A stretch of 64,000 nucleotides of DNA from Candidatus Latescibacterota bacterium (GCA_965222605.1 OZ244960.1:5056001-5120000), one strand, 5' to 3'; shown: positions 1 through 9,508, numbered from the stretch's first letter. Program-made: numbers and translations. Notes: generated from the letters alone by a model not told the origin.

Positions 1-55
1 AATGGAAAATTGACATTTGTAGATCCCAAAATCTTACCGGAGTAATTATTGAGTT

Positions 56-556
56 ATGCCCTCACAGGTCGTAAATCGAATCCGCGCAGATCAATGGCAG
101 ATACTTAAAGATGTGCGTCTGCGCGCACTTGAAGAAGCCCCTTATGCATTTGGCACAACGGTGGCGGAAGGCCAAAAAAGGACTGACAGAGACTGGCAGG
201 ACATGGCGAGAGACCATGCGACTCTGTCGGATCGCGCCTATTTCATGGCTTATGTGGAGGATAATCCCTGTGGGATGGCGGGGTGTTATCGCAGAACATC
301 AGACATAGTAATGCTCACCGCGATGTGGGTCGCGCCCGAAGTACGAGGACAAAAGATCGGTGAGCAGGTTGTTCGCGCCGTCATAGAATGGGCACGAGAG
401 GGTGGGGCCACCACGCTTGAAGCCTGGGTTAGTGAAAATAATCCAGCGCGTATTTTCTATAAAAAAGTTGGATTTGAAGAGACCAGTACAACCGAACCAC
501 TTCGCTCAGATTCCAAAATTCAGATGATTTTGATCAGGCGCGATATTGCACCCTGA
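56..556 (+). CDS. GNAT family N-acetyltransferase
   Basis: 166 aa. Acetyl-CoA motif A 'MWVAPEVRGQKIG' and 'NPARIFYKKVGF'. Confidence 0.85.
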   Translation: MPSQVVNRIRADQWQILKDVRLRALEEAPYAFGTTVAEGQKRTDRDWQDMARDHATLSDRAYFMAYVEDNPCGMAGCYRRTSDIVMLTAMWVAPEVRGQKIGEQVVRAVIEWAREGGATTLEAWVSENNPARIFYKKVGFEETSTTEPLRSDSKIQMILIRRDIAP

Positions 557-564
557 AATCTGGG

Positions 565-593
565 TTGATTCACAATCCACTCAACGGTATATT
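565..593 (+). promoter_or_regulatory. Putative sigma70 promoter of prs
   Basis: TTGATT-17 nt-TATATT about 80 nt upstream of the prs GTG start. Confidence 0.5.
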
Positions 594-671
594 GCTCACA
601 GGGAGTGATGTAAATTGCAACGGCAGTTCACTCGGACAAATCAGAGCACTCGACGACAGGAGGGAGAAAAC

Positions 672-1646
672 GTGGGTTACGATCTCAAAGTTTTTTCGGG
701 CAATACCAATCGGCCATTGGCCGAAGACATTTGCAACATTCTCGACACGCAGCTCGCCGAAGCTACTGTGACCCGTTTTTCCGGTGGCGAAATACATGTG
801 CAAATCGATGAAAACGTGCGCGGTTGCGATGTTTTTATTGTTCAACCTCTTTGTGAAAATGAAGAAAAAGGCATATCGCCCAATGACGCCTTGATGGAAC
901 TTCTCATCTTGATCGATGCAGCGCGACGAGCCTCTGCCCGACGCATTACAGCGGTTGTGCCCTATTATGGCTATGCGCGACAGGATCGCAAAGACCGCCC
1001 CCGCGTGCCCATCACTGCTAAACTGGTCGCCAACATGATTTATACTGCTGGGGCGCGGCGGGTTTTAACTCTGGACCTGCACGCCAATCAGATCCAAGGT
1101 TTTTTTGATATACCCGTTGACCACCTCTACTCCATTAATATTTTAGGCGAATACTTCAGGCTGAAAAACCTCAAAAATCTCGTTGTTATGGCACCCGATG
1201 TCGGCGGTATAAAAATGGCACGCGCTTATGCCGAACTGCTCGGTGCGCCATTGGCTATTGTAGATAAACGCCGCTGGAGCGGTCAAAAGACCGAAGTTCT
1301 GAATGTTATTGGCGAAGTCAAAGACAAAAACATCGTCATTGTTGACGATATTATCTCTACGGGTAGTTCCCTCATCGAAGCTGCCTCTGCACTCAAAGAC
1401 AAAGGCGCGCGCGATATATGCGCCATCATCGTCCACCCGGTGTTGGCAGATCCCGCTGTTGAGCGCGTGGAAAATTCCATTCTTACAGAGCTGGTCGTTT
1501 CCAATTCCATTCCCGTGCCCAAACACGCCCAAAATGGCAAAATCAAAATTCTCTCAGTCGCTCCAATTCTCGCCGAATCCATCCGCCGCATCAACAACGA
1601 TGAATCCGTCAGCAATCTCTTTGCCAATGCGAAGGTCGAAGGGTAG
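672..1646 (+). CDS. prs: Ribose-phosphate pyrophosphokinase
   Basis: Motifs 'VVPYYGYARQDRK', 'LDLHANQIQGFF', 'PDVGG', 'VDDIISTG'. GTG at 672 follows AGGAGGGAG (ORF track starts at 615). Confidence 0.97.
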   Translation: MGYDLKVFSGNTNRPLAEDICNILDTQLAEATVTRFSGGEIHVQIDENVRGCDVFIVQPLCENEEKGISPNDALMELLILIDAARRASARRITAVVPYYGYARQDRKDRPRVPITAKLVANMIYTAGARRVLTLDLHANQIQGFFDIPVDHLYSINILGEYFRLKNLKNLVVMAPDVGGIKMARAYAELLGAPLAIVDKRRWSGQKTEVLNVIGEVKDKNIVIVDDIISTGSSLIEAASALKDKGARDICAIIVHPVLADPAVERVENSILTELVVSNSIPVPKHAQNGKIKILSVAPILAESIRRINNDESVSNLFANAKVEG

Positions 1647-1677
1647 AATGCATGAGACGTAAAAGGATATGATTTAT

Positions 1678-1722
1678 AAAAATAAAAAACCGACCTGATG
1701 ATGAGGTCGGTTTTTTATTTTT
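1678..1722. terminator. Bidirectional intrinsic terminator
   Basis: Perfect 19-bp inverted repeat AAAAATAAAAAACCGACCT / AGGTCGGTTTTTTATTTTT between convergent genes. Confidence 0.9.
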
Positions 1723-1757
1723 CGCCGCGTTATAGCCAGCACTGGAGATAGCGAGAT

Positions 1758-2294
1758 TCATGGTTTACCGAGGTTAAAACCAATCCCCACGGCTGTACGC
1801 AGGGCACTTGCGTCTTCTTCCTCGCCAATAACCCAACGAACCTCAAACAAAATCTCCACCTTGCCCTTCAACAAGTGTTTTTCCATGCCTACCAAAATAA
1901 AGTGAAACGCGGCCTGGTATTCGTTTTGAAATTCGTTGATGATCAACCGCTCGCGCCGCACCCGGTTCACCCCCAATCCACCGCCCATATACGCAAACGC
2001 AGTCCCCGATTTATGCGGCCACAAGTACTTGAGAAAAGCCCCACCACCTCTCGCCTGAATCTCGGTACCGTCAAGATCGGATCCGCTGCCTGTCTCAGCA
2101 CCTATCTCGAGGCGAAGGTTGGGGATAAATACGGTTGCAATATCTGCTTGAAGCACAAAGAAATGCCGCGTGTCGTTTGCCTGTACAACGTCTAAACCAA
2201 CTTTGGTTGCAAGATTGTAGAGCTTAAAACCGGCCTGGGCACTCGATGCAAAAAAAATTAGGACCAAAAGTCCGACACCAGCAAAAACCCTCAT
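1758..2294 (-). CDS. Secreted protein, probable small outer-membrane beta-barrel
   Basis: Signal peptide ending 'SSAQA', alternating beta-strand pattern, 'AYMGGGLG', C-terminal 'VGIGFNL'. Confidence 0.6.
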   Translation of the reverse strand: MRVFAGVGLLVLIFFASSAQAGFKLYNLATKVGLDVVQANDTRHFFVLQADIATVFIPNLRLEIGAETGSGSDLDGTEIQARGGGAFLKYLWPHKSGTAFAYMGGGLGVNRVRRERLIINEFQNEYQAAFHFILVGMEKHLLKGKVEILFEVRWVIGEEEDASALRTAVGIGFNLGKP

Positions 2295-2338
2295 AATAAA
2301 CTCCTCACAGCATTTTTTGGCAGTGCCGGATAAATTTT

Positions 2339-2656
2339 CTATCTACGCGACGCCAGTGCTAATTGTTTGAGATATGAATAGGTATAAATTCCCGTATCGT
2401 GTCCATCTGTCCACCGAATTTGGATGGCATAATTTCCAACTGGAATGACATCCGACAGATCTATTGACGGTGTTTGTTCCACAGTAATCATCTGCAATTG
2501 CTTGTCTTGCTTTGCCCGCACGTCTTCACACAACGCACACGGGCAGGCTTTTCGCACGTCGGGCAATCTCACGCGCAAAACGCCATCGTCTGGCCAATCC
2601 ATTTCGAGCCATCCCTCTGCGCGGTCAACGCGAATACGTTTGGGTTTTTCCGCCAC
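2339..2656 (-). CDS. DUF971 / GBBH-like N-terminal domain protein
   Basis: 'RKACPCALC', 'PVGNYAIQIRWTDGHDTGIYTYSYL'. Confidence 0.85.
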   Translation of the reverse strand: MAEKPKRIRVDRAEGWLEMDWPDDGVLRVRLPDVRKACPCALCEDVRAKQDKQLQMITVEQTPSIDLSDVIPVGNYAIQIRWTDGHDTGIYTYSYLKQLALASRR

Positions 2657-2666
2657 GACATGCCCC

Positions 2667-3329
2667 CTAACGCCTCAAGCGATGCCTCAATCTCAATTCT
2701 TGAAGCAAAATACCGTATTGCTCGCGCAGATCGTTTTGCAGAGCAAAGGCTCGGTTATAGGCGATTGCTGCATCTTCAAAAAACCCTTGAGCAGTCAAGG
2801 CACGTCCCATCAAAATATAATTGAGCGCGTAATGGGGCCTGCGTTCTGTGGTCTCACTGGCCATGTCAAGTGCCTGCTCTAATCGTCCTGTTTTCAGGTA
2901 AATCCAGCCCAAACCCTGATAGGCTGCGATGACATCGGGATTCAAGGCAAGTCCCTGCTGGTAATATTGCTCTGCCAAAATCATATCGCCTATCCGCTGA
3001 TATAAATATCCAAGCGCGACCAAAACGCCTGCATCGGTTGAGTCGTGGACGGTCAACTGTTGGCAGGCGTTAATTGCGCGATCAAAGTCTGCCATTCGCA
3101 AATAAGACGATATGAGGAGCCGCAATGCTTGTGTGTGCGCGGGGTTTTTCTCCAAAATATCGCGCAACGCGACAGCAGCAGCACCTGGATTGCCAGTTTC
3201 CAGCGAATCGACAACACTTTTTAATGCGGGGTCGAGAACGATCGGATTACTGCTTTCAAAAATCTCTTGAGCATTGGAAATCTCTGCACCCAAAAACACA
3301 GCGATGATTATTCCCAGTCGCAATATCAT
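2667..3329 (-). CDS. Secreted tetratricopeptide repeat protein
   Basis: Signal peptide MILRLGII..AQE and several TPR units ('ALGYLYQRIG..AEQYYQQGLALNP', 'AYQGLGWIY'). Start trimmed from 3380. Confidence 0.8.
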   Translation of the reverse strand: MILRLGIIIAVFLGAEISNAQEIFESSNPIVLDPALKSVVDSLETGNPGAAAVALRDILEKNPAHTQALRLLISSYLRMADFDRAINACQQLTVHDSTDAGVLVALGYLYQRIGDMILAEQYYQQGLALNPDVIAAYQGLGWIYLKTGRLEQALDMASETTERRPHYALNYILMGRALTAQGFFEDAAIAYNRAFALQNDLREQYGILLQELRLRHRLRR

Positions 3330-3389
3330 ATACTTTTCCTGACAATGCCAAAAAATCACGCAACGCTTTAGATATGCCAACTCAGCAGG

Positions 3390-3448
3390 GTCGGGAAAAG
3401 GATTTCCCTCCTACGATACACTTGTTGGAGCGGCATCCTTGCCGCGAT
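3390..3448. repeat. Two REP-like palindromic units (GTAG family)
   Basis: Minus strand GTAGGAGGGAAATCCTTTTCCCGAC (3390-3414) and plus strand GTTGGAGCGGCATCCTTGCCGCGAT (3424-3448), each a GTAG/GTTG tetranucleotide followed by a hairpin. Confidence 0.55.
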
Positions 3449-3454
3449 TCCCCT

Positions 3455-3754
3455 CTATAGATACAAAGGACGTCCGGTATAAGTCCATTGACCAGATGCC
3501 TTCGACAAATTCAGTCGAGCCGTCGCAGTTGCATCCCACATAAAGGGATCGATTATGGGATACTCAGTAGGGGCGTGTGGCAAAATATTTTTTATATGAT
3601 GTAATCGCTGGCTTTGGCGTATAGAAAGGCCCGGCTCGTAAATTTCAATGGCCGGGCGATTGCACCACATCACAAGAACAAGGTCCGGATCGATCTCTAT
3701 TCGCTGACAAATCAATTTGAGGATCAAATAAGCACCTGCCATAAATTTGGTCAT
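3455..3754 (-). CDS. Small hypothetical protein, possibly a gene remnant
   Basis: 99-aa ORF with an AAGGA RBS that fills the intergenic gap. No recognisable domain. Confidence 0.3.
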   Translation of the reverse strand: MTKFMAGAYLILKLICQRIEIDPDLVLVMWCNRPAIEIYEPGLSIRQSQRLHHIKNILPHAPTEYPIIDPFMWDATATARLNLSKASGQWTYTGRPLYL

Positions 3755-3784
3755 AGAGTCCTTTTCTATTTTTTGCTTTGATCA

Positions 3785-4609
3785 CTAACCGCTCTTGCTG
3801 CCAAACGCGGCGACAAAGAGGAGAAAGTCTGGAAATTCAACTGCGCCGTTTCCATCCAGATCCATACGGGCATCGAAACCGTCATCAGATGAAGACTTGC
3901 CAAATTGCGCGACAAAGAGGAGAAAATCGGGAAAACTGACCTCTCCATTTCCATCAAAATCACCAGTTAGCATACTTGGTGTTCCTGGCGTTCCCGTATC
4001 TGTCGCTTTCGCGAAAGTGATAACAATTTTAATTGGATCATCTGGCGAAACGAACTGGGAGAGTACGCTCGTAGCCAGGGGTCTTACAGCTTCGGATAAT
4101 GACGATAATAATTCTTCTAACTGAAGCGGGCGTATAATATGCAGTGAATCCGCCGTAGCTGTGTAGGTATAATTGAGAGGATCTTCATTTTCGCGCGTTA
4201 TGTTGAGTTCATGGGTATCGGATACGACCGTGTAATTTCCCTCGTATTGGCTCGTATCGAGTACTGCGACCGTAAGCGAAACTAATAGTACCGCAGAGAC
4301 ATTGGTCACTGTTGTGTAATCAGATTTAATACTGCCATCTGAACCAAAAGTTATTGTGCCGTTGATTTCGCCTTCAACTGTAAGAGGCGATACAGCCTGC
4401 ACGAGCGCGGCCGGAACATAAGCGTTCAGCCCGATCTTCTCAGCTACCCAGGAGCCGACGATATCCCCACCTTGAGGCTTGGGGGTTTCCGGTAGAACGC
4501 CCGCGTCTGCCTGTCCAAATGTTATGAACGCCATCACAAGTAGAACGCAGTTTCTCAACATTTTAAACCGCCATTCTTTGACCGCGACGCCAAAATTTGA
4601 CCCGTTCAT
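3785..4609 (-). CDS. Secreted protein with C-terminal dockerin-like / paired EF-hand domain
   Basis: Signal peptide, lipocalin-like 'DIVGSW', Thr/Pro linker, duplicated 'DFDGNGEVSFPDFLLFVAQFG' / 'DLDGNGAVEFPDFLLFVAAFG'. Confidence 0.8.
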   Translation of the reverse strand: MNGSNFGVAVKEWRFKMLRNCVLLVMAFITFGQADAGVLPETPKPQGGDIVGSWVAEKIGLNAYVPAALVQAVSPLTVEGEINGTITFGSDGSIKSDYTTVTNVSAVLLVSLTVAVLDTSQYEGNYTVVSDTHELNITRENEDPLNYTYTATADSLHIIRPLQLEELLSSLSEAVRPLATSVLSQFVSPDDPIKIVITFAKATDTGTPGTPSMLTGDFDGNGEVSFPDFLLFVAQFGKSSSDDGFDARMDLDGNGAVEFPDFLLFVAAFGSKSG

Positions 4610-4771
4610 ATTCCATCCTCCAGTGTTTATTCGGTTCTTCTACAACGTACGATCGCTTTCCAATTTACGCAATTCGCGTATCTCCTGCAATACTTAACTC
4701 ATGTTGTCAAACCTTTCATCGCGTGCTATTTTGAAGCATCTTGCAAAATGACACTTGCGAAAGGAGCGTAC

Positions 4772-5716
4772 ATGCAATATCGAGTTCTCGTTGATGTTGA
4801 TCTTCCAGATGAAATACCAGAGATGATGAATAACCGCTGCGAACTTCACATTTTGGCGCACGGCGATGTTTCAGACGAAAAATTTGCGTCTGCACAAGGG
4901 CTGCTTACTTACGGGCACATGATTGTCGATGGTGATTTTATGGATCGCATGCCCAATTTGAAAGTCATCAGTAATTTTGGTGTTGGCGTAGATCACATTG
5001 ATCTGTTAGCAGCCAAACAGCGCGGGATTCCAGTGGGTAATACGCCCAATATGCTCGATGGCGCGACAGCCGATATGACTTTTGCAATGCTTATGGCCGC
5101 CGCCCGCAATATCGTTATTGGCGACCACTTTGCTCGCAGTGCGGCTTTTACACACTACGATCCACGCATTTTGATTGGACACGAGATTCACGGTACAACA
5201 CTGGGTATTATTGGCATGGGGAATATTGGCAGGCAGGTCGCGCGGCGGTCTCGGGGATTTGACATGGATGTGCTCTATCACAACCGAAAGCCTGATCCCA
5301 AAGCCGAGATCGAGTTAGGCGCGACTTATGTGTCTCTCAACGACTTGCTCGGACAATCGGATTTTGTCACCCTGAATGTGCCGCTGACTGAGGAAACGCG
5401 AAATATGATTGGTCGAGATCAACTCAGGCGAATGAAAAGAACCGCCATACTGGTTAATCTGGCGCGCGGAGGTGTTATCGATCACGATGCACTCGTAGAG
5501 GCGCTGGAGAACAATTGGATCGCAGTTGCCGCGCTCGATGTGACCGAGCCAGAACCCCTTCCACGCGATCATCCCCTCCTGTCCATGGACAATGTGGTTA
5601 TAGTTCCCCACCTGGGTAGTGCCACACGCCAGACGCGCATAGCAATGGCCCAGCGCACAGTAGATAATCTGCTCGCGGGACTCACGGATCAGCCATTGAT
5701 CACTTATGTGGTGTAA
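4772..5716 (+). CDS. D-2-hydroxyacid dehydrogenase (glyoxylate reductase / D-glycerate dehydrogenase family)
   Basis: 'GVGVDHID', 'GIIGMGNIG', 'NLARGG', 'LDVTEPEP', 'PHLGSAT'. ATG at 4772 after AAGGAG. Confidence 0.92.
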   Translation: MQYRVLVDVDLPDEIPEMMNNRCELHILAHGDVSDEKFASAQGLLTYGHMIVDGDFMDRMPNLKVISNFGVGVDHIDLLAAKQRGIPVGNTPNMLDGATADMTFAMLMAAARNIVIGDHFARSAAFTHYDPRILIGHEIHGTTLGIIGMGNIGRQVARRSRGFDMDVLYHNRKPDPKAEIELGATYVSLNDLLGQSDFVTLNVPLTEETRNMIGRDQLRRMKRTAILVNLARGGVIDHDALVEALENNWIAVAALDVTEPEPLPRDHPLLSMDNVVIVPHLGSATRQTRIAMAQRTVDNLLAGLTDQPLITYVV

Positions 5717-5724
5717 GACTGGTG

Positions 5725-7068
5725 CTAAGCGCATTCAACGCTCATTTTGTCGCATCTTCGTCTCAGTCGTTCGAGTCGATCGGAGAATCTGGAATTTTTT
5801 GCGAGATTGAAGGATTCGCGAGGGTCCACGATGAGGTCATAAAGCTCTTCATAGACGGGTTGTTGCTCGTAGTAGCGAATATATTTCCAGCGTTGCGTAC
5901 GCACGCCTTCGCTTTTGGGGATGTCGGCGCGGTGGAACCGGTGTTCGCAGAAGAATGCATGTCGCCAGTCAATTTTCTTTCCGTGCAACAATGGGACAAG
6001 GGATTTCCCCTGCATTTTGTCCGTAGCACTCAGACCTGCCAGTTCGAGGATGGTTGGCGCGACATCAATGTTCAGTGCTAATTCTTCGCGAATGAGACCC
6101 CGATTGTCCTTATCAGCTCGTGGATTGAGGATAATCAAGGGAATGCGGATCGACTGTTCGTTCAACTGCCAGCAGTCGCTGAGTCCGCGATCTCCGTAGT
6201 ACATCCCGTGGTCAGATGCGAAGATTACGACTGTGTTGTCGGATAACGACAGTTGATCTAATGCTTTGATAATTCTGCCGATGTTCCGATCGCCGCCGCT
6301 CACCATTCGGTATAGTCCTCGCATGTTTCTCTGGTAGTCCTCAGATGTCGCATAGCGTTTTTGCCATCGTACGCGACTTTCCGTCTTGCGAAGAAATTTC
6401 GGCAACCGCCAGAAGAAGTCGGGATGGGCGTTGAATGGCTCTGGTATCTTCTTCTCTGCGTAGAGATGATCTTCAGAAGCAGGCCAGATGTAGTAACGCG
6501 GATCATTGTCCTGTGCGTGCGGCGCATTGAAACTGATGGAGAGACAAAACGGCTGGCTGGGGTGATCTGTTTGATGTGTGTGCAGAAAGTCGATTGTTTT
6601 GTCCCCGGTAATGTCGGTCAGGTGGCGCACATCCGGTTGTCTGATTTCATATCCGTCTTCGGTCCAGTGTTCGTAGTTGTCGAATACGTCAAACATCTTT
6701 TCCGTTGCATCCTTGTCCTGTAGAGAAGGAGCGATTCCGTTGGTGGCAATGCCGAATTTGCCGATTAGTCCTGTGCGATAACCCGCCATTTTAAGAGTGG
6801 CAGGGTAGGAGATGTCAGTGAACGCGCTTTGGAGGGGTGGTGTGCGGAAGGTGAATCGGTGGCGTCTTTCATAGACGCCGGTGAGATAGCTGGCCCGGCT
6901 TGCGGCGCAGATTGGACTTGTGCAGAATGCGTTTTCGAACCGCACACCGCTTTTGGCAAGCCGGTCGATGTTTGGGGTTTTGACGATTGGATTGCCAGCG
7001 CAGCCGAGCAGGTCATTGCGCTGGTTATCGGTCAGGAGAAAGAGGATATTCGGGGCAGGCGCTTTCAC
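5725..7068 (-). CDS. Sulfatase (formylglycine-dependent, Cys type)
   Basis: 'PNILFLLTDNQR', 'SPICAASRASYLTG', 'GKFG', 'SDHG'. No signal peptide. Confidence 0.92.
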   Translation of the reverse strand: MKAPAPNILFLLTDNQRNDLLGCAGNPIVKTPNIDRLAKSGVRFENAFCTSPICAASRASYLTGVYERRHRFTFRTPPLQSAFTDISYPATLKMAGYRTGLIGKFGIATNGIAPSLQDKDATEKMFDVFDNYEHWTEDGYEIRQPDVRHLTDITGDKTIDFLHTHQTDHPSQPFCLSISFNAPHAQDNDPRYYIWPASEDHLYAEKKIPEPFNAHPDFFWRLPKFLRKTESRVRWQKRYATSEDYQRNMRGLYRMVSGGDRNIGRIIKALDQLSLSDNTVVIFASDHGMYYGDRGLSDCWQLNEQSIRIPLIILNPRADKDNRGLIREELALNIDVAPTILELAGLSATDKMQGKSLVPLLHGKKIDWRHAFFCEHRFHRADIPKSEGVRTQRWKYIRYYEQQPVYEELYDLIVDPRESFNLAKNSRFSDRLERLRRRCDKMSVECA

Positions 7069-8135
7069 TTCTCACCTAATTCAATGTGCTGACCCGTGTC
7101 ATTCGATCGGTATGCCGCTTCAATGATTCTGGCGATTTTTAAGGCATCTTCTCCAGAGGTCGGGGCCGTGCCTTTGCCCGCAGTAGATCGAATAAAGCCA
7201 TCCAAAAATGCGATTCCATAAGCACCGCCATAAGCATCGACCTGCGGTAGCGTATAATCAAAGGTGCGCTGAGACGCAGTGTGCCAGCCTTCTGCAACGC
7301 TTTCGAGATATACTTCTGATGGGCCGCCCGAGGGCGTCCAGAACACGCGGCCCTCGCTGCCGCGAAATCCCATATACGTGTCGTAATTCGGCCCCATATA
7401 CCCAGCGCCACTTATTGATAGTTGATAACCGGCCTGCATGCTGCCCAGCGCGCCATTGGAAAACCGAAAGGATAGAGACGCTACATCCTCAACATCAATG
7501 TCTTCGCCACTGAGTGTATCGACAACGGCAGAAACGGAGACGATGTCCGCGTCCATGACATAGCACAACAGGTCGATATAATGGCATCCCAACCACGATA
7601 AGATGCCGCCACCGGAAATCGACCGATCAAATAGCCAGTGTTTGGGGTTGCGAAATTTAACCTGCGATGTGACCATCCGCGACTCACAAGATGTCACTTG
7701 ACCTATTGCACCACCCTGGACGACTCTTCGCGCTTCACAAGTGGCGGGGTGATAGCGATTCTGATACATCACGCCCAATTGTACACCCGCTTTTGCCGCG
7801 CCATCCACGACTCGAGAAACAGCGGCAACCGAAGCACCGATGGGTTTTTCGCTGATGACGTGAATGCCCTGCTCGAATAAGCGCAGACAAATATCTGGAT
7901 TCTGGTCGTTGCGGGCGCAAGCCACACCCAAAGTCATTTTTTCAGAGCCTAAAAGCACGCTGAGATCGGAATACGCACCCGCGACTTTATCTGTTGAATT
8001 AAAGCTGTTTAGAACCGAGGGGTCGGCGTCGTACAGAATAATCTCATCTATTAGTGTAGAAGCCTGCAGGGTTTTGAAATGGGCTTCTGAATGGGGATGT
8101 GTTAGGCCAAATAAGCCAGCGCGAACCGGTTCCAT
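7065..8135 (-). CDS. Gfo/Idh/MocA family oxidoreductase
   Basis: 'HVISEKP', 'GGGILSWLGCHYID'. Confidence 0.9.
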   Translation of the reverse strand: MEPVRAGLFGLTHPHSEAHFKTLQASTLIDEIILYDADPSVLNSFNSTDKVAGAYSDLSVLLGSEKMTLGVACARNDQNPDICLRLFEQGIHVISEKPIGASVAAVSRVVDGAAKAGVQLGVMYQNRYHPATCEARRVVQGGAIGQVTSCESRMVTSQVKFRNPKHWLFDRSISGGGILSWLGCHYIDLLCYVMDADIVSVSAVVDTLSGEDIDVEDVASLSFRFSNGALGSMQAGYQLSISGAGYMGPNYDTYMGFRGSEGRVFWTPSGGPSEVYLESVAEGWHTASQRTFDYTLPQVDAYGGAYGIAFLDGFIRSTAGKGTAPTSGEDALKIARIIEAAYRSNDTGQHIELGEK

Positions 8136-8156
8136 TAGATTATCCTCAAGATAGGA

Positions 8157-8966
8157 TTATAAATACGGCAGCACTTCGCTCTTGAGCGCGTTGAGATATG
8201 TCCATTCTTCACCGGGGTCCTGGAAGATCAATGTATAATATCCCGAGAAATTGGCTTTGCGCGTCAAGTTCAAACAGGCCAGGAATCGGTCCCGCAACAT
8301 GATCCCATCTTCGTAATCCGCTTTGGTGTGAATCGTATCTGCAAATGGCAAAACTTTTGCGAGATCGTCCAGCTTGTGTTCCCCTTTGAAATTTCCAAGA
8401 TCAGTACACAATCCGATTTTCCCATCGCATCTATCCAAGATATCCAATAGAGAGGTTGCGCGCTGGGTCAGTCGCTTGAAATTCTCGGTCATGACGCGCA
8501 CGCCACAATCGCGCGCATAGTCTGACAATTGCAGGAGATTTTGCGCGCTGAGTGCTATGGATTCTGCGCCTGGCTCTGCTTCGCCAGCAATTACGCGTAC
8601 ATTCGCTGCGCCACAGGTGGATGCCACGTCAATCCATCTTCGAATTTCCGCCAAATCCTTTTCTCTTTGTTCGGAATCGGGATGTGTAATATCCCAGGCA
8701 TCGATCAAGATGCTGTAAAGCGATACGCCGTGTCTGTCCAGTTCTGCGCGCAGGTCTGCAATAAATACATCATCTGTTGTGGGAAAATGAAAATGGCAGA
8801 TTTCCAACTGCCTGATGCCATGCGATGCCACTTCGCGGGGAACATCGAGCAGTTTTATGCGCCCTTCATCGCCGTTTCGGTTCACAAATCCATCGGGCCT
8901 GCGATCGTACCACGCCTTTCCCAAAGCGCGGTGTAAGCTCCATGTGGAAATAGATAGTTCTGGCAT
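8157..8966 (-). CDS. Sugar phosphate isomerase/epimerase (xylose isomerase-like TIM barrel)
   Basis: 'SISTWSLH', 'VMTENF', 'CTDLGNF', 'IHTKAD'. Confidence 0.8.
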   Translation of the reverse strand: MPELSISTWSLHRALGKAWYDRRPDGFVNRNGDEGRIKLLDVPREVASHGIRQLEICHFHFPTTDDVFIADLRAELDRHGVSLYSILIDAWDITHPDSEQREKDLAEIRRWIDVASTCGAANVRVIAGEAEPGAESIALSAQNLLQLSDYARDCGVRVMTENFKRLTQRATSLLDILDRCDGKIGLCTDLGNFKGEHKLDDLAKVLPFADTIHTKADYEDGIMLRDRFLACLNLTRKANFSGYYTLIFQDPGEEWTYLNALKSEVLPYL

Positions 8967-9051
8967 ATTGTGACCTCCTCAATGCGAATTTATGTACTGG
9001 CATGACCTTCCACATTCCTTATGACGCCTACTTGCTGAGTTCTGAGCGGAA

Positions 9052-9504
9052 TCAATCCAAGTTCTCGGAGTCCTCGGATTGACTTTTTGCTCTTTCTATC
9101 TGCCTTTCGAAAGGATTCACTATCTGCACTCCAAGTTGGGCAAAATCGTTCACATTTCTGGTCACAATCGTCAGCTTGTGCATCAAGGCAGTTGCAGCGA
9201 TCATGGCATCCTCTATAAGGGTGTCTGACTGTCGATGCTTGAGTCGCGCCCATTCCCTGAACGCGGCCGCATCCATCGGCAGCACGTTATAGGAATTGAG
9301 CACCTTGCCGAGCCAAGCTTCCAACTCCTCCGCCTTGTCGGCATCTTGCTCGCGCGTGATCTCAATACCCGCCTGGATTTCTCCGACCGTCACTGCGGAC
9401 AAAAAAAGCTGATCGGCGGGTACATCTGCAATCCAATTCAGCACACCCTTGTGGGGCTTGGGGCGACGCAACTCCGAAACAACGTTGGTGTCAAGAAGAT
9501 ACAC
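9052..9504 (-). CDS. vapC: Type II toxin, VapC/PIN domain
   Basis: 'YLLDTNVVSE', 'SAVTVGEI', 'DAMIAATA', 'VTRNVNDF'. GTG start at 9504 just after the antitoxin stop. Confidence 0.9.
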   Translation of the reverse strand: MYLLDTNVVSELRRPKPHKGVLNWIADVPADQLFLSAVTVGEIQAGIEITREQDADKAEELEAWLGKVLNSYNVLPMDAAAFREWARLKHRQSDTLIEDAMIAATALMHKLTIVTRNVNDFAQLGVQIVNPFERQIERAKSQSEDSENLD

Positions 9505-9508
9505 AAGC

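Noticed and set aside
557-671. Possible tRNA-Gln upstream of prs, as in many bacteria
   Set aside because: No cloverleaf, T-loop GTTCRA or CCA end is visible.
3795-3960. Direct DNA repeat GCGACAAAGAGGAGAAA
   Set aside because: Explained by the duplicated dockerin/EF-hand coding units.
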